In this document: positions 29,693 through 39,427 of the stretch, in pieces | How positions within the stretch are numbered: the stretch's first letter is position 1 | How the letters are laid out: each line of letters begins with the position of its first letter | Virus record (IMG/VR): IMGVR_UViG_3300021440_000013 | Coordinates: 124,001-188,000 of that record | Length of the DNA: 64,000 nucleotides | Strand: one strand, 5' to 3' | Made by a program: the position numbers and the translations under genes | Notes under the pieces: model-generated | Seen by the model: the letters and a program-made list of their open reading frames with translations, nothing else | Databases searched by the model: none | What the model was told of the DNA's origin: nothing

Positions 29693-31153
29693 ATGCGTCC
29701 TCAGTTCCGTCTTCCGCCCCCTGTGATGATGTCAATTAATACGGGTGCGCTTCTCGATATCCCAACAGGCAAGTTTATCAAAGGCACGCATGACCAGCGT
29801 GTGCTTTTAGCGGGCATTGGAAACATTACGGGTTTGGTTGGTCCGGGCAACTGCTTTAAGACGACGGTCATGCGGTATATGATCCTCTCGGCGCTGGCTA
29901 AACTCTACGGGACCGTGCCTGAGATCTTTTATAACTCCTACGACACTGAAGTTAATACCCAAGAAGAACGCGCCCGTCACCTCTCACACCAGATCCCAGG
30001 CTTTGAGAATATCAACCTTCATGACGAAGGGATCTGGCAGATGACTAACCGCGCTGTTTACTCTGGGAATGAATGGTTTACGGAACTTAAAAAATATCTC
30101 TCTGAAAAGGCTTCTGATAAAAAGGCAGCACGCTTTGAGACCGCTTATCTTGATAGAGATGGTGTCTCACCCTTAAAGGTGATGACACCCTCCTTCACTG
30201 ACATCGACTCATTGACGCACTTCATGACCTCTGATGTTGAGAAGATCTTGGATACCGTAGAACTGGGGGATTCTGCGGGCAACACGATGTATATGCGCCA
30301 AGGTCTTGCCAAAGCAAAGCTCCTGATGGAGATGCCTTCGGTTGCCGCATCGTCTCTGAATTACTTTTTGTTTACGGCACACATCGGCAAAGAGATTTCG
30401 ATGCCCTCGGCGCCCGGCACACCGCCTCCGCGTAAACAACTTCAACACATGACGGGTGGTGAAGTGATCAAGGGCGTCACCAATAACTTCTTTTACCTGC
30501 TTCACAACTGCTGGTTGATCAATAGCGCACGTCCGTACACTAACCAAACTACCAAAGCGCCCGAGTACCCCCGCTCACAGGGCGATGAGCGCGCAGGCGA
30601 TCTTGATCTCTTTATTGTCACGATGCGGCAACTTCGTGGTAAGAACGGTACCAGTGGGTTTAACATCGAACTGCTCGTCTCTCAAGCGGATGGTGTGCTC
30701 GCTTCGCTCTCTGAATTCCATTATGTGAAGAAGTCCAACCGCTTTGGCTTAGAAGGCAATGACCGCAGTTATTCGTTGGCACTCTACCCTGAAGTGGCGA
30801 TGAGTCGAACAACGGTTCGGCAAAAGCTTCGTGAGGACAAGAAGCTTGCGCGGGCCATGGAGATCACCAGCCAGCTTTGTCAGATGTATGAATATCAGCG
30901 TGATCTTCTGGATACGCTGATGGAACCTGAAGCGCTGCGTAAAGCACTCGAAGCGAAAGGTTACGACTGGGATTGGCTTTTCGAGAATACCCGAAGCTGG
31001 CATACACTTAACGACGAAGTCCATCCGCTTTACCCGCTCTCAACGCTTGATCTGTGCCGCATTGCCCGTGGTGAGTACCACCCATATTGGTTATGTGTTG
31101 ATAACAAAACCGTTAAACCCGAATACGCTAAGAAAAAACGTCAACTCACGTAA
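29693..31153 (+). CDS. uvsX: UvsX/RecA-like recombinase (phiKZ gp152-like)
   Basis: INTGALLDIPTG; P-loop GPGNCFKTT; YDTE; IDSLT; FTAHIG. Confidence 0.75.
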   Translation: MRPQFRLPPPVMMSINTGALLDIPTGKFIKGTHDQRVLLAGIGNITGLVGPGNCFKTTVMRYMILSALAKLYGTVPEIFYNSYDTEVNTQEERARHLSHQIPGFENINLHDEGIWQMTNRAVYSGNEWFTELKKYLSEKASDKKAARFETAYLDRDGVSPLKVMTPSFTDIDSLTHFMTSDVEKILDTVELGDSAGNTMYMRQGLAKAKLLMEMPSVAASSLNYFLFTAHIGKEISMPSAPGTPPPRKQLQHMTGGEVIKGVTNNFFYLLHNCWLINSARPYTNQTTKAPEYPRSQGDERAGDLDLFIVTMRQLRGKNGTSGFNIELLVSQADGVLASLSEFHYVKKSNRFGLEGNDRSYSLALYPEVAMSRTTVRQKLREDKKLARAMEITSQLCQMYEYQRDLLDTLMEPEALRKALEAKGYDWDWLFENTRSWHTLNDEVHPLYPLSTLDLCRIARGEYHPYWLCVDNKTVKPEYAKKKRQLT

Positions 31154-31164
31154 GGACATCAGTC

Positions 31165-31557
31165 ATGGAACCGAACATTCAGCAGGACGAAGCGTCCGAA
31201 AAGATCGTCGAACTCTTTAAAGGTCCGATGCGCTTTTATAACACGGATCGACAAAGTGACGAACTCGATCTCGTTAAAGAGGTGCGTCAACGTCTTCTTT
31301 CCCTGGGCCTTGAAGATAAGCTCCAAGAAGGTTTTGATACCAACCGCTTCATTTTGGAAGCGGTCGATAAAAACTCCCATGTGCAGCAGTTTTTGTTAAA
31401 CCGCTACCTCACCATTCAGTTTATGGCCTCTCAGGAAGACACTGCCGTTGAACGCTATGCGCTCATGAACGAAGTCAATCCCAGTGACTGGCTTACCGTT
31501 TTTGAACAACGTATCCTGCCGGCAGTGGTTAATCTTGATTTGCCAGTTAAGATCTGA
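31165..31557 (+). CDS. Hypothetical protein
   Basis: SD AAGGA; 130 aa. Confidence 0.7.
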   Translation: MEPNIQQDEASEKIVELFKGPMRFYNTDRQSDELDLVKEVRQRLLSLGLEDKLQEGFDTNRFILEAVDKNSHVQQFLLNRYLTIQFMASQEDTAVERYALMNEVNPSDWLTVFEQRILPAVVNLDLPVKI

Positions 31558-31565
31558 GAGACGCC

Positions 31566-32234
31566 ATGCCTAAAAACCGTCAGAAGGCCGAAGCCTTCAT
31601 CCTTAAGTGCTTAGAAGAAATCCTTCCCGGAAACAGTGACGTCGAGAATTACAAAAACTACTTTGCATCTTTGTCCGATAAGGCGTTTGACGCCTACATG
31701 GAAGGGCTTAAAAGTGGTGAAAAGTTCTTGACACTCACAGCGCCTAACTTTGGTAAGACCAATCTTTCTCTGGAGAGAAACTTTGCCATCGCCGATAAAC
31801 TAGGCCACAACTTCTTTCAACGCCTCTGGATTAAAGGTGAGGGTGAGGTGCCCACACACCTCACCCCGATCCCTTATTTGGTTGTACTGATGCCCTTTCG
31901 GGTGGCCTCACAAAGACTGGATAAGAAAAAATCGATCCCTAAGACTTCGCGTGTCATTAACGCCTTGACAGGTCAGGCAACCGGTGAATCCAAGGGCGCC
32001 AGTATCTCATACCCAGAAATCCGTGTATGTGCCGCTATGGGTTTAGAGTCAACCATGGTCGAGCTCATGAAGTATCGCGGCGGGGACGTACGAGGTAACG
32101 CAGCTTTTAACGCGTCGCTCATGCGTTCAGGTCGGGCCAACATGGACACCCTCAAACATTTTGCCAGTGGTGTCGAATCCACCTCGAGGCTCAAAACCTT
32201 TCTGACTGCGTGCCATTTATCCAACACCCTTTAA
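31566..32234 (+). CDS. Virion RNA polymerase beta subunit, C-terminal fragment (phiKZ gp149-like)
   Basis: beta C-terminal motifs NALTGQATGESKGASISYPE (cf. TQQPLGG..GQRFGEME), ELMKYRGGD, VESTSRL. Confidence 0.8.
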   Translation: MPKNRQKAEAFILKCLEEILPGNSDVENYKNYFASLSDKAFDAYMEGLKSGEKFLTLTAPNFGKTNLSLERNFAIADKLGHNFFQRLWIKGEGEVPTHLTPIPYLVVLMPFRVASQRLDKKKSIPKTSRVINALTGQATGESKGASISYPEIRVCAAMGLESTMVELMKYRGGDVRGNAAFNASLMRSGRANMDTLKHFASGVESTSRLKTFLTACHLSNTL

Positions 32235-32969
32235 ATGACCATGGCTGAATTTGAAACCGCCACGCTTTATGTCGAACTGGATGCGCTTTTTGATACGCGT
32301 ATGGTTGTCTTAAAGAGCTTTGGTTTAGACGCGATCGAAACGCATGTACCCCGTGGCTACTACACCCGCGTGATCGATAGCTTTGGGGACATCACGCTCG
32401 AAGCCTTTGAAGAACGCTACGCTAAACGAAACATCAACACCCTGCGTGAGGCGCTCATCACACCGGTGGCGGGCCATATCTACGACTTTGCCAGAAGGAC
32501 GTTGATCGCGTTGGTGTCGTCTCCATTTAGACGACAACCTAAAGTCTTCGTTAACACCTACCCCTACCAGCTTGACGAAGTCTCAGCAGCCTCTATTGTT
32601 GAGGGGTTAAAGATCGTGACGAAAAACACGATCGACATCGAAGTCGCGTATCTGCCACTTGAAAAGATCACTCCGCAGTATGTGAAGGACAACTACATCC
32701 AGATGGTGATGTATTCATACTGGGAGTGGTTAGAGACCCATGCCAAAAACAAAAACTGGGAGACCACACGCTGTCCAGAGATAACCCTCATTGGTCCCCG
32801 CGTGATAAGGTCAATGAGTGCGCTTCGAGACGCTAAGGTGCGCGATGTCTTTGGTGTGGTTGAAACATACAGCCGTGTATTTGTTAAACTTCAGTTGTAC
32901 CCGGTTAACTTTTTCAGTGCGGATGTCACACGCATCAAGGAGCGTTTAAAAGAAAAAAGTGCTACGTAG
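32235..32969 (+). CDS. Conserved jumbo-phage hypothetical protein
   Basis: LYVELDALFDTR N-terminus; 244 aa. Confidence 0.65.
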   Translation: MTMAEFETATLYVELDALFDTRMVVLKSFGLDAIETHVPRGYYTRVIDSFGDITLEAFEERYAKRNINTLREALITPVAGHIYDFARRTLIALVSSPFRRQPKVFVNTYPYQLDEVSAASIVEGLKIVTKNTIDIEVAYLPLEKITPQYVKDNYIQMVMYSYWEWLETHAKNKNWETTRCPEITLIGPRVIRSMSALRDAKVRDVFGVVETYSRVFVKLQLYPVNFFSADVTRIKERLKEKSAT

Positions 32970-33021
32970 ATCAATGATGACGACTGAGCCTTTGAGAGCT
33001 CAGTCGTCATCAGGTCGTTAT

Positions 33022-33435
33022 TCACGTTTGAGTAATATCCTCGATCGTCAAGGGAAGCATCCCCACGTCCATCTCACCCGGCACCACATTGCTCGGCTTA
33101 ATCGAACCAGGAAGCTGGCGCTTATCACTTGCAACAGGAACATGTTCCGCAGGGCGATAAGAAGCCAGCGCTTTACCGACCAGGGTGGTAAGGTTGGTGA
33201 GGCCCTGTTCGGTCTTAGAGGCGACCTTGATCTTAGCGCGCGTGAGCACTTCGCCGTCGAGATCTTTCATTAACGCCAGCGCTAACTTTTGATCCTCATT
33301 AGTAACGGGGGGTTTTCCGTCCTTGATAAGGCTGGTGAGCATCATGGTTCGGATTCGGCGATTGTTTAAAAGGATGCTGGTGTCTTCACTATTAAAGACA
33401 GTGTCCTCTTCAGCATTTAAGTTGGCGTGTCCCAT
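33022..33435 (-). CDS. Hypothetical protein
   Basis: 137-aa ORF filling the gap between + strand genes. Confidence 0.6.
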   Translation of the reverse strand: MGHANLNAEEDTVFNSEDTSILLNNRRIRTMMLTSLIKDGKPPVTNEDQKLALALMKDLDGEVLTRAKIKVASKTEQGLTNLTTLVGKALASYRPAEHVPVASDKRQLPGSIKPSNVVPGEMDVGMLPLTIEDITQT

Positions 33436-33468
33436 TTCCTATAGTCCTGTTTTAATGTTAGTCTTAAC

Positions 33469-33486
33469 CACATATATCTAACATGA
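33469..33486 (+). promoter_or_regulatory. Putative early (virion-RNAP) promoter
   Basis: CACATATATCTAACATGA, 13/18 identical to the motif at 63226; TATAT core resembles phiKZ early promoters. Confidence 0.4.
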
Positions 33487-33514
33487 GCCCTTATCTATAA
33501 GGAGAATAAAAAGC

Positions 33515-33976
33515 ATGTTTAAAGGACTCTTCGCACGACTTTTCTCTAAGGAGCCCGAGCTCAGTCCGATCGAAGAAAGTGTTGAACGCTTTAAAAAGTA
33601 TTACCATCTTGAGCGTTCGATCTATCGAGATATCCGTGAAATCCAAGTCCTCTATCCCAGTATTACGGACTACATCAAGGAGTTAGAAAAGCTCATCTAC
33701 GCATTCATTGAGCATAAACACTACACCGGACAGATCGGTGAAATCACCCTCATTAGACGCAGAAACTTTTACACTGACCAGAAAGGCTTCTTTGTTTCAC
33801 CGCAGGATTACCACCGACGCTTTATCGATCTTGCGATTGAGGTTTTAACGTACTACCATGCTGCCGAGAGCAGCGAGCATCAAGATGGACTCACGCAGTC
33901 CAATCTTTACCGTGCACTACCACTGATCAATAACCTGATCGTGCTCAGCCAGACACTTGAGGTCTTAGAAGCCTAA
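33515..33976 (+). CDS. Hypothetical protein
   Basis: SD AAGGAG; 153 aa. Confidence 0.7.
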   Translation: MFKGLFARLFSKEPELSPIEESVERFKKYYHLERSIYRDIREIQVLYPSITDYIKELEKLIYAFIEHKHYTGQIGEITLIRRRNFYTDQKGFFVSPQDYHRRFIDLAIEVLTYYHAAESSEHQDGLTQSNLYRALPLINNLIVLSQTLEVLEA

Positions 33977-34026
33977 TAGACCGTCCCCACTACCCCTCAA
34001 AGATCGACGCGAGGAGGATATACACC

Positions 34027-34722
34027 GTGCAACATCGCAAACATCGACTCATACCGTATGGGCAGCGAATCAAATCAGGTCCCGTAGGCAGTGTTTTATG
34101 CAATCTCTTTAGGGGACTTCTTGCAAGCGCAGGTGTCGATCAAGACAGCTATTCGCGTCTTGTCGAGCGTTCTGCCCAGCGTCCTATGAAGGGTGAGAGT
34201 CCCTCGAGTATCGTTGGGCTGGGAAAAGAACTGATGAGAGAGAGTATCACTTGGAAGACCTTTTTAAGAGGTCTGGAGTTCGTTAAGATTAAGAAGTTCG
34301 AATTCATTATCGCGCTTTACCTCGAAGATGGACGTGAACTTCACTTTGCTGAAGCCTATATGCTCAACCAGATCACTTCACAGGGCGTGATCTTGTCCAA
34401 TATCTTTAAAGCCTTAATTGGTTCAGGGGTGATGGATATTACCAAACACAGTGATCTGATGGCGCGCTATTTAGGGAACGCGTGTGCCAACATGGATCGC
34501 ACGAAGCGCTCAGCAGCTAGAGCAAGTCTCACCAAAGAACTTTTCAAACCCACGATGACGTGGAAGAGTTTTGTAAAGGGGATGGTTTATCTTTCCGCCG
34601 TGCGTGTTGAGATTACCTTAAAAGCCTACCCGCTCTTTGGTCGTCAAGCAGAAGTGCTTGGTGCTAGAGAGGTGATTAACCTGTCTGACTTTAAGGACGA
34701 TATCGATGAAGCCTCAGAATAA
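34027..34722 (+). CDS. Hypothetical protein with internal domain duplication
   Basis: SD GAGGAGG; two copies of G-x-(V/I)L-x-N(L/I)F...KEL...(I/M)TWK(T/S)F-x-x-G. Confidence 0.7.
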   Translation: MQHRKHRLIPYGQRIKSGPVGSVLCNLFRGLLASAGVDQDSYSRLVERSAQRPMKGESPSSIVGLGKELMRESITWKTFLRGLEFVKIKKFEFIIALYLEDGRELHFAEAYMLNQITSQGVILSNIFKALIGSGVMDITKHSDLMARYLGNACANMDRTKRSAARASLTKELFKPTMTWKSFVKGMVYLSAVRVEITLKAYPLFGRQAEVLGAREVINLSDFKDDIDEASE

Positions 34723-35188
34723 GGCGCTGCCTGCTGTGATCTACTCGGCTTTTATGGCCGAGTACGATACACTTTCAGATGAAAACAAAACACTCATTAA
34801 AAACTGGCTTACTGAGCTTAAGCTGGTAGGCATCTCGAACTATTTTACCAATGAGTGTCAGGCGATCTTGGTTAAGCAAATCGCCGAGAACCAGCTCCTC
34901 AGGACCTTTTTGTTAAACCACACCGAACGGGTGCACGTGCTCAGTCTTTTTGCTGAGGAGGTTGACCAAGACTGGTTTAACCAAGTTATGGAGACGGTCA
35001 CTAAGTTCCGTCTCCAACTTTCACTAAACTGCGTTTTGCCTGAAGCCGCCTCAGAGAGTCTTTACATACCCACGAGCGAGCTGAGGACGTTGATTAACAA
35101 TAATCCATGGATCCTGGATCTCTACCTCATGCTCATCACGGATGGGGTCTTCGATCACATGGAAGAAGTTCAAAACAAATCCGCTTAA
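34706..35188 (+). CDS. Hypothetical protein
   Basis: 160-aa ORF overlapping the previous stop. Confidence 0.65.
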   Translation: MKPQNKALPAVIYSAFMAEYDTLSDENKTLIKNWLTELKLVGISNYFTNECQAILVKQIAENQLLRTFLLNHTERVHVLSLFAEEVDQDWFNQVMETVTKFRLQLSLNCVLPEAASESLYIPTSELRTLINNNPWILDLYLMLITDGVFDHMEEVQNKSA

Positions 35189-35203
35189 TACGACGAGATA
35201 GAC

Positions 35204-36025
35204 ATGGAAAAAAAGAACCTGCGTGATCAACTGACCGAGATCAAAGCCCATACGTACCGTTTTCCAGCCAATCCCAATATGCGTAAAGAAGAAGGGGTTG
35301 ATCACATCAACCTCTACTGGAACAGTCAGCATGAGCTGGGCCGCTTTCTCTCTCTTTCGGAACAAGGTTATTTTAGCACCCCGGTGCTCGGTAGCTTTAA
35401 ATCGCTCTCAACAGTCATCCAGTTCTTAGGTGCCGAGAAACGCGACGACAGAATTCGTCGCCTTGGGGGCAATCAGCTTCGCAACTATGTGAAACATCAC
35501 TGCGGTGGTTTTAATCGTGCTCGTATTCCGAATGGGCGTGCGGTACTGATGCATACGGCGTATCTGCGTCTCATTCAGAATAAAAAGATGTTTAAGCTTT
35601 TCAAAGAATGCGAGCTGGCTTTCGATAGCTACCATGTCATTGAGAGCGGTCTTCGTATCCGAGAAGACGATGCGGTGTGGCTCTCCAAGGGCTATGAAGA
35701 AATCCGTCAGGCGGTTAAAGAAAACCGAGAGCCCGACTTTCAGTTTCTCTTCGACAAAGGTGAGCGTTCGGTTTATGAGAGCGTGGTTAAGCTACTCTCC
35801 GAGGGTAAGACCGAGGTTCGTATTCCTGATCTGGCGGAGTTCATCGCCACCTATCGTCCGCTTGAGATCGGCACGACGGCGTTTGATCCATCCATGGTGG
35901 GTAATATCGACATGCTCGAAGAACCTAATAATGTGGAGACTTCTCCCACCTCTTTCTCCCCCGATCGTGAAGAGGGTGTGTTAGCTAACACACCCGTGGG
36001 TGATACGCTCCAGCCTCTGGCATGA
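35204..36025 (+). CDS. Hypothetical protein (possibly degenerate NADAR-like)
   Basis: GVDHINLY...ELGRFLS...F....LGSFKS motif; functional label is tentative. Confidence 0.6.
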   Translation: MEKKNLRDQLTEIKAHTYRFPANPNMRKEEGVDHINLYWNSQHELGRFLSLSEQGYFSTPVLGSFKSLSTVIQFLGAEKRDDRIRRLGGNQLRNYVKHHCGGFNRARIPNGRAVLMHTAYLRLIQNKKMFKLFKECELAFDSYHVIESGLRIREDDAVWLSKGYEEIRQAVKENREPDFQFLFDKGERSVYESVVKLLSEGKTEVRIPDLAEFIATYRPLEIGTTAFDPSMVGNIDMLEEPNNVETSPTSFSPDREEGVLANTPVGDTLQPLA

Positions 36026-36062
36026 GTTTTCTCCTTGTGGTTAGTTAGGGTAATGCTGCGTT

Positions 36063-36098
36063 TAGCTAGGGGGTTACGGCCCCCTAGCTATCTTTTTT
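36063..36098 (+). terminator. Rho-independent terminator
   Basis: TAGCTAGGGGG...CCCCCTAGCTA followed by T-tract. Confidence 0.8.
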
Positions 36099-36149
36099 GT
36101 TTGTTGTTTAAAAATAAGGTGACAAGACTTTATACGGAGTTTATGCGCC

Positions 36150-37187
36150 ATGGCAACCGCTACGAAACGTTTTACCTCATACGACCGCGAAACCAACGTC
36201 TCAACCGCTGCGTTTGACTCCACGGTCGATGGTTCGATTTTCAATAGTCCTGAGAATGCGCTTAAAACTGCAAACAAAAACCTCGAGGATCTCATCGCCT
36301 CATCGATGAGTGAGATCGAAGATCAGAAGGCGGCCATGGAAGCGGCCTTCTCTGATGAAATCCGCAGCGTTAAGGATATCACCTCTCAGGTTTCTGATCT
36401 CAGTAAGTTACCCAAAGCGAAGCTCGATGAGTTCTTGGGGGGTTTAGCAGGAGGGAATGCTTTCTTGCAAAAATCCCTCAATGGACTTTTGCAAAAGTGT
36501 TCAACTAAAGGACTTAGCGCCGGACTTCCGGGCAAACCTTTTGATACGTCGATCAACTGTGGATCTGGGAAACTGGGTCTTGGCGCAACGGGTGGAACAA
36601 AAAGCTGTAACGCTGGCTCCTATAGCGATGTCCTAAATAAGCTCACCGGGGGTGAATATGTCTCGGGCTATAAGGACATCAATAGTGCGCTTCGGAATCT
36701 GATGTCTTTATCGGGCCTTGGCTACGATTTAGGCATGTGTGGTGTCTTTGGTGCTCTGGCAGGCAATCTACCGACTGACGCCCTTTCTAGGGCCTCTGCG
36801 GGGCTTTTAAGCTCACTGGGCGCAGCAGGAAACCTAAACGGCTTTCTTGACGTTGCAAAAAGCTCAGTGGGGCTCTCACCCCTGCTCGTTAACCCCGGTG
36901 TCCTGACGGGTTTCGTAGATAACTTTACCCTACCGGGTAATGTGGGCGCAAATAAGTTTCTAGAAACAGCGGAGCGCTCCTTAGGCGGTATGGAACTTCT
37001 CAACGAGTCATGGTTTAACAACCCAGAGAGTGGGGCACTCTCATGGGGCGTGATGAACGAGAAGTCCGAAGACCTCTACAGCTGTTTCGATACAAAACTC
37101 ACCGACAACAGTTTCTCGGAAGCGGATCTGGATATCGTCTTGGGTGACGATATGGATTTCATGATGGGGAGTTATTTGATGGCGTAA
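36150..37187 (+). CDS. Hypothetical Gly/Ser/Leu-rich (probable virion) protein
   Basis: 345 aa; SD GGAG. Confidence 0.65.
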   Translation: MATATKRFTSYDRETNVSTAAFDSTVDGSIFNSPENALKTANKNLEDLIASSMSEIEDQKAAMEAAFSDEIRSVKDITSQVSDLSKLPKAKLDEFLGGLAGGNAFLQKSLNGLLQKCSTKGLSAGLPGKPFDTSINCGSGKLGLGATGGTKSCNAGSYSDVLNKLTGGEYVSGYKDINSALRNLMSLSGLGYDLGMCGVFGALAGNLPTDALSRASAGLLSSLGAAGNLNGFLDVAKSSVGLSPLLVNPGVLTGFVDNFTLPGNVGANKFLETAERSLGGMELLNESWFNNPESGALSWGVMNEKSEDLYSCFDTKLTDNSFSEADLDIVLGDDMDFMMGSYLMA

Positions 37188-37191
37188 AAGA

Positions 37192-37223
37192 CCAAGAGGA
37201 GGGCCGTAAAGCCCTCCTCTTGG
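37192..37223. terminator. Bidirectional hairpin between convergent genes
   Basis: CCAAGAGGAGGGC...GCCCTCCTCTTGG. Confidence 0.7.
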
Positions 37224-37225
37224 AT

Positions 37226-39367
37226 TTATTGGCGTGTTCCGTCGATAACAGACGCACCTTTAACCAACGTGTTTGCAGCACCATAAAGCGCGCCTGACAA
37301 ACCAAATGTCAGGTCGTTAATAAAGCCGTCAGTAACGGCGTTTTTAAAGACCGCTGTGTGGTACGCAGGACTGGTGCTAAATTGTTTAAACTTCAGAATC
37401 TGTTTAGTCATCCGAAGCTGTGCCATCGGCAGCGGGTAGATTTGACTATAGATATCCATGCCAGCCAATACGTTTAAATAATCGGCTGCGATGTTATCGT
37501 CGTCCATCGTCATGTCTTTACTGAACATCCCACTGATCCCGCCGCTTGACATGGGCATGTGCATGATGGTTGAAAGATCCACGATGTTAATACTCACATC
37601 CAGCGCCAGTGCTTGACCTTGCGTATCGAACGCAAGGTTAGACGTTCCGCGTGTAATGCTGATGGATTCAATCATTGCAAGCTTTGACTGAAGACGACCA
37701 CGGTCAAAGATCTGGCAATAGAACGGTGACGTATAGGATTGCTTGCCGGTTGATCGAGGGATCGATCCCGCTAAAAGCATGTAAAAAGGAATCCAGATAT
37801 TAATCAACCGAGAGACAGGGTTGTTGTAAGGGCTGATCAACTGAATTTTGTAGCTCGCTCTTGGAAGCGACGCCGAAGAGCTTTGCCAGTGCTTAGGGAT
37901 GTCCATATAGCCGGAGCCACCCAGACCTGCCACAAGGCCCGAAAAGCCCAGCGTCACCCCATCGATGGCACCCGTGACAAGGTTGGCTGCCGCGCCGACC
38001 ATGTTTTGAATTGTCTCACCAAGCACATTGCCATCGGCAAGACTAAAGCGCGCTTCTTTAAACTGCGAAGAGATCCCGTTCAGTTTCTGAGAGATTTCAG
38101 ATTCACCCACAGTGTTACCGAAGGACTCACTCATCGAGCCCGTGTGATCGACCCGAAACACAGCAAACTGAGAGCCGTCACGAAATTCCGCGTCAGCGTA
38201 TTTCTTAAGGCTGTCCATGTAACTGCCTTCGGTTTTTTGTACACCGGGTTTCTCGGAAGTCAAATCGACACGAGGATCGAGCTCTTGTTTAACTTCGTCA
38301 GACTCTTTTCTAAAGTAATCTCCTACCGTCATCATTTCGTTTAAAAACGCCATGAGGGTTGGTTCGCCTCGATTGTCACTGACCCAGCTTGTGTGGGTGC
38401 CTTCGCCCGTGTTGTCACGGCGCAGATAGCCCTCGAAGTCCGTTGCGGTCCCGTTGTTTAAGTGGGAGAAATCACTCATAAAGAGTTCGTTGGCCATGCG
38501 TTGGGCTCTGTTAGCCAACGCATACACATCGAAATAACTGGCGCCTCGGAAGATATCCGGCATCAAGGCTGAGATCTCTTCTAACTGATCTTTATCGATC
38601 TGATAGGGTTGACCCAGTCTTTGTTGATCTTCGCTTGAGAGAAACTTCTTAAAGACCCCCGTGTTTACCGCGTGGTTATTAACCAGTAGGTTCACCATTG
38701 ACCAGTACATGTGCATCGCGGGTTTAAGCGTAAAGAATTTGCTGCTCTCACGCCCCATGAGCCATCCGATCGCTTTGCCGATCGCCACACCAACCGTGAC
38801 GACCGGGAACGCTACCAGCGCCAGAACACTGCCCGCGATCTTACCGGCCGTGAACCATGCGTCGGGTGCTCGGCCCGTTCTAGCCATGATGATCTGTTCG
38901 TGATCAAAGGCTTTAAATAAAAAAGAAAGCAGCGAGTTAAACTTAGGGACACCAAAGCGTAAAAAGATGCGCTGAGAAGGATCGTCGATTCCTTCACTAT
39001 AGGCCCGACCCATCCCATAGTTGCCTGAAACGTTTGTGAGTGAAACGGCATTTCTGGCTTCACGCATATTGTTACCCACGCGACGTCCGGGCACACGGAT
39101 GTCGCTGTAGCGTGTCCATTGAGGGCGTGGGTTGATTCCGATATTGCACCCTAGGCGACCATCGGTGAATTTAGAAGAAGCACTCGACCAATAGCGGTTC
39201 TTAATATCGCTACTGATGCCGAGCTCGCCATCTGGAACCATGAACGCAACTTTCAACCAGCTTTTATCGAGCGGTTCATTGTCATCGGTGGTGTGATCCG
39301 TTGGGGCGATGGGTCGTCCGTTATACTCCATGTAGCTGGGGTCGATCTTTGTGGTGAGGCTTGCCAT
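37226..39367 (-). CDS. Tail/baseplate structural protein (phiKZ gp182-like)
   Basis: Downstream of the giant tail hydrolase; IPKHWQSSSAS and YTSPFYC...MIESISITRG motifs; SD GGAG then ATG 39367. Confidence 0.65.
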   Translation of the reverse strand: MASLTTKIDPSYMEYNGRPIAPTDHTTDDNEPLDKSWLKVAFMVPDGELGISSDIKNRYWSSASSKFTDGRLGCNIGINPRPQWTRYSDIRVPGRRVGNNMREARNAVSLTNVSGNYGMGRAYSEGIDDPSQRIFLRFGVPKFNSLLSFLFKAFDHEQIIMARTGRAPDAWFTAGKIAGSVLALVAFPVVTVGVAIGKAIGWLMGRESSKFFTLKPAMHMYWSMVNLLVNNHAVNTGVFKKFLSSEDQQRLGQPYQIDKDQLEEISALMPDIFRGASYFDVYALANRAQRMANELFMSDFSHLNNGTATDFEGYLRRDNTGEGTHTSWVSDNRGEPTLMAFLNEMMTVGDYFRKESDEVKQELDPRVDLTSEKPGVQKTEGSYMDSLKKYADAEFRDGSQFAVFRVDHTGSMSESFGNTVGESEISQKLNGISSQFKEARFSLADGNVLGETIQNMVGAAANLVTGAIDGVTLGFSGLVAGLGGSGYMDIPKHWQSSSASLPRASYKIQLISPYNNPVSRLINIWIPFYMLLAGSIPRSTGKQSYTSPFYCQIFDRGRLQSKLAMIESISITRGTSNLAFDTQGQALALDVSINIVDLSTIMHMPMSSGGISGMFSKDMTMDDDNIAADYLNVLAGMDIYSQIYPLPMAQLRMTKQILKFKQFSTSPAYHTAVFKNAVTDGFINDLTFGLSGALYGAANTLVKGASVIDGTRQ

Positions 39368-39389
39368 TCTTTTCTCCAATCATTAAAAC

Positions 39390-39420
39390 CGTGAGGAGGG
39401 GTCTAAAACCCCTCCTCACG
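39390..39420. terminator. Intergenic hairpin
   Basis: CGTGAGGAGGGG...CCCCTCCTCACG. Confidence 0.6.
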
Positions 39421-39427
39421 TGCTCGT

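Noticed and set aside
36035-36217. 60-aa ORF before the 36150 gene
   Set aside because: Spans a terminator hairpin and overlaps the next gene; likely spurious.
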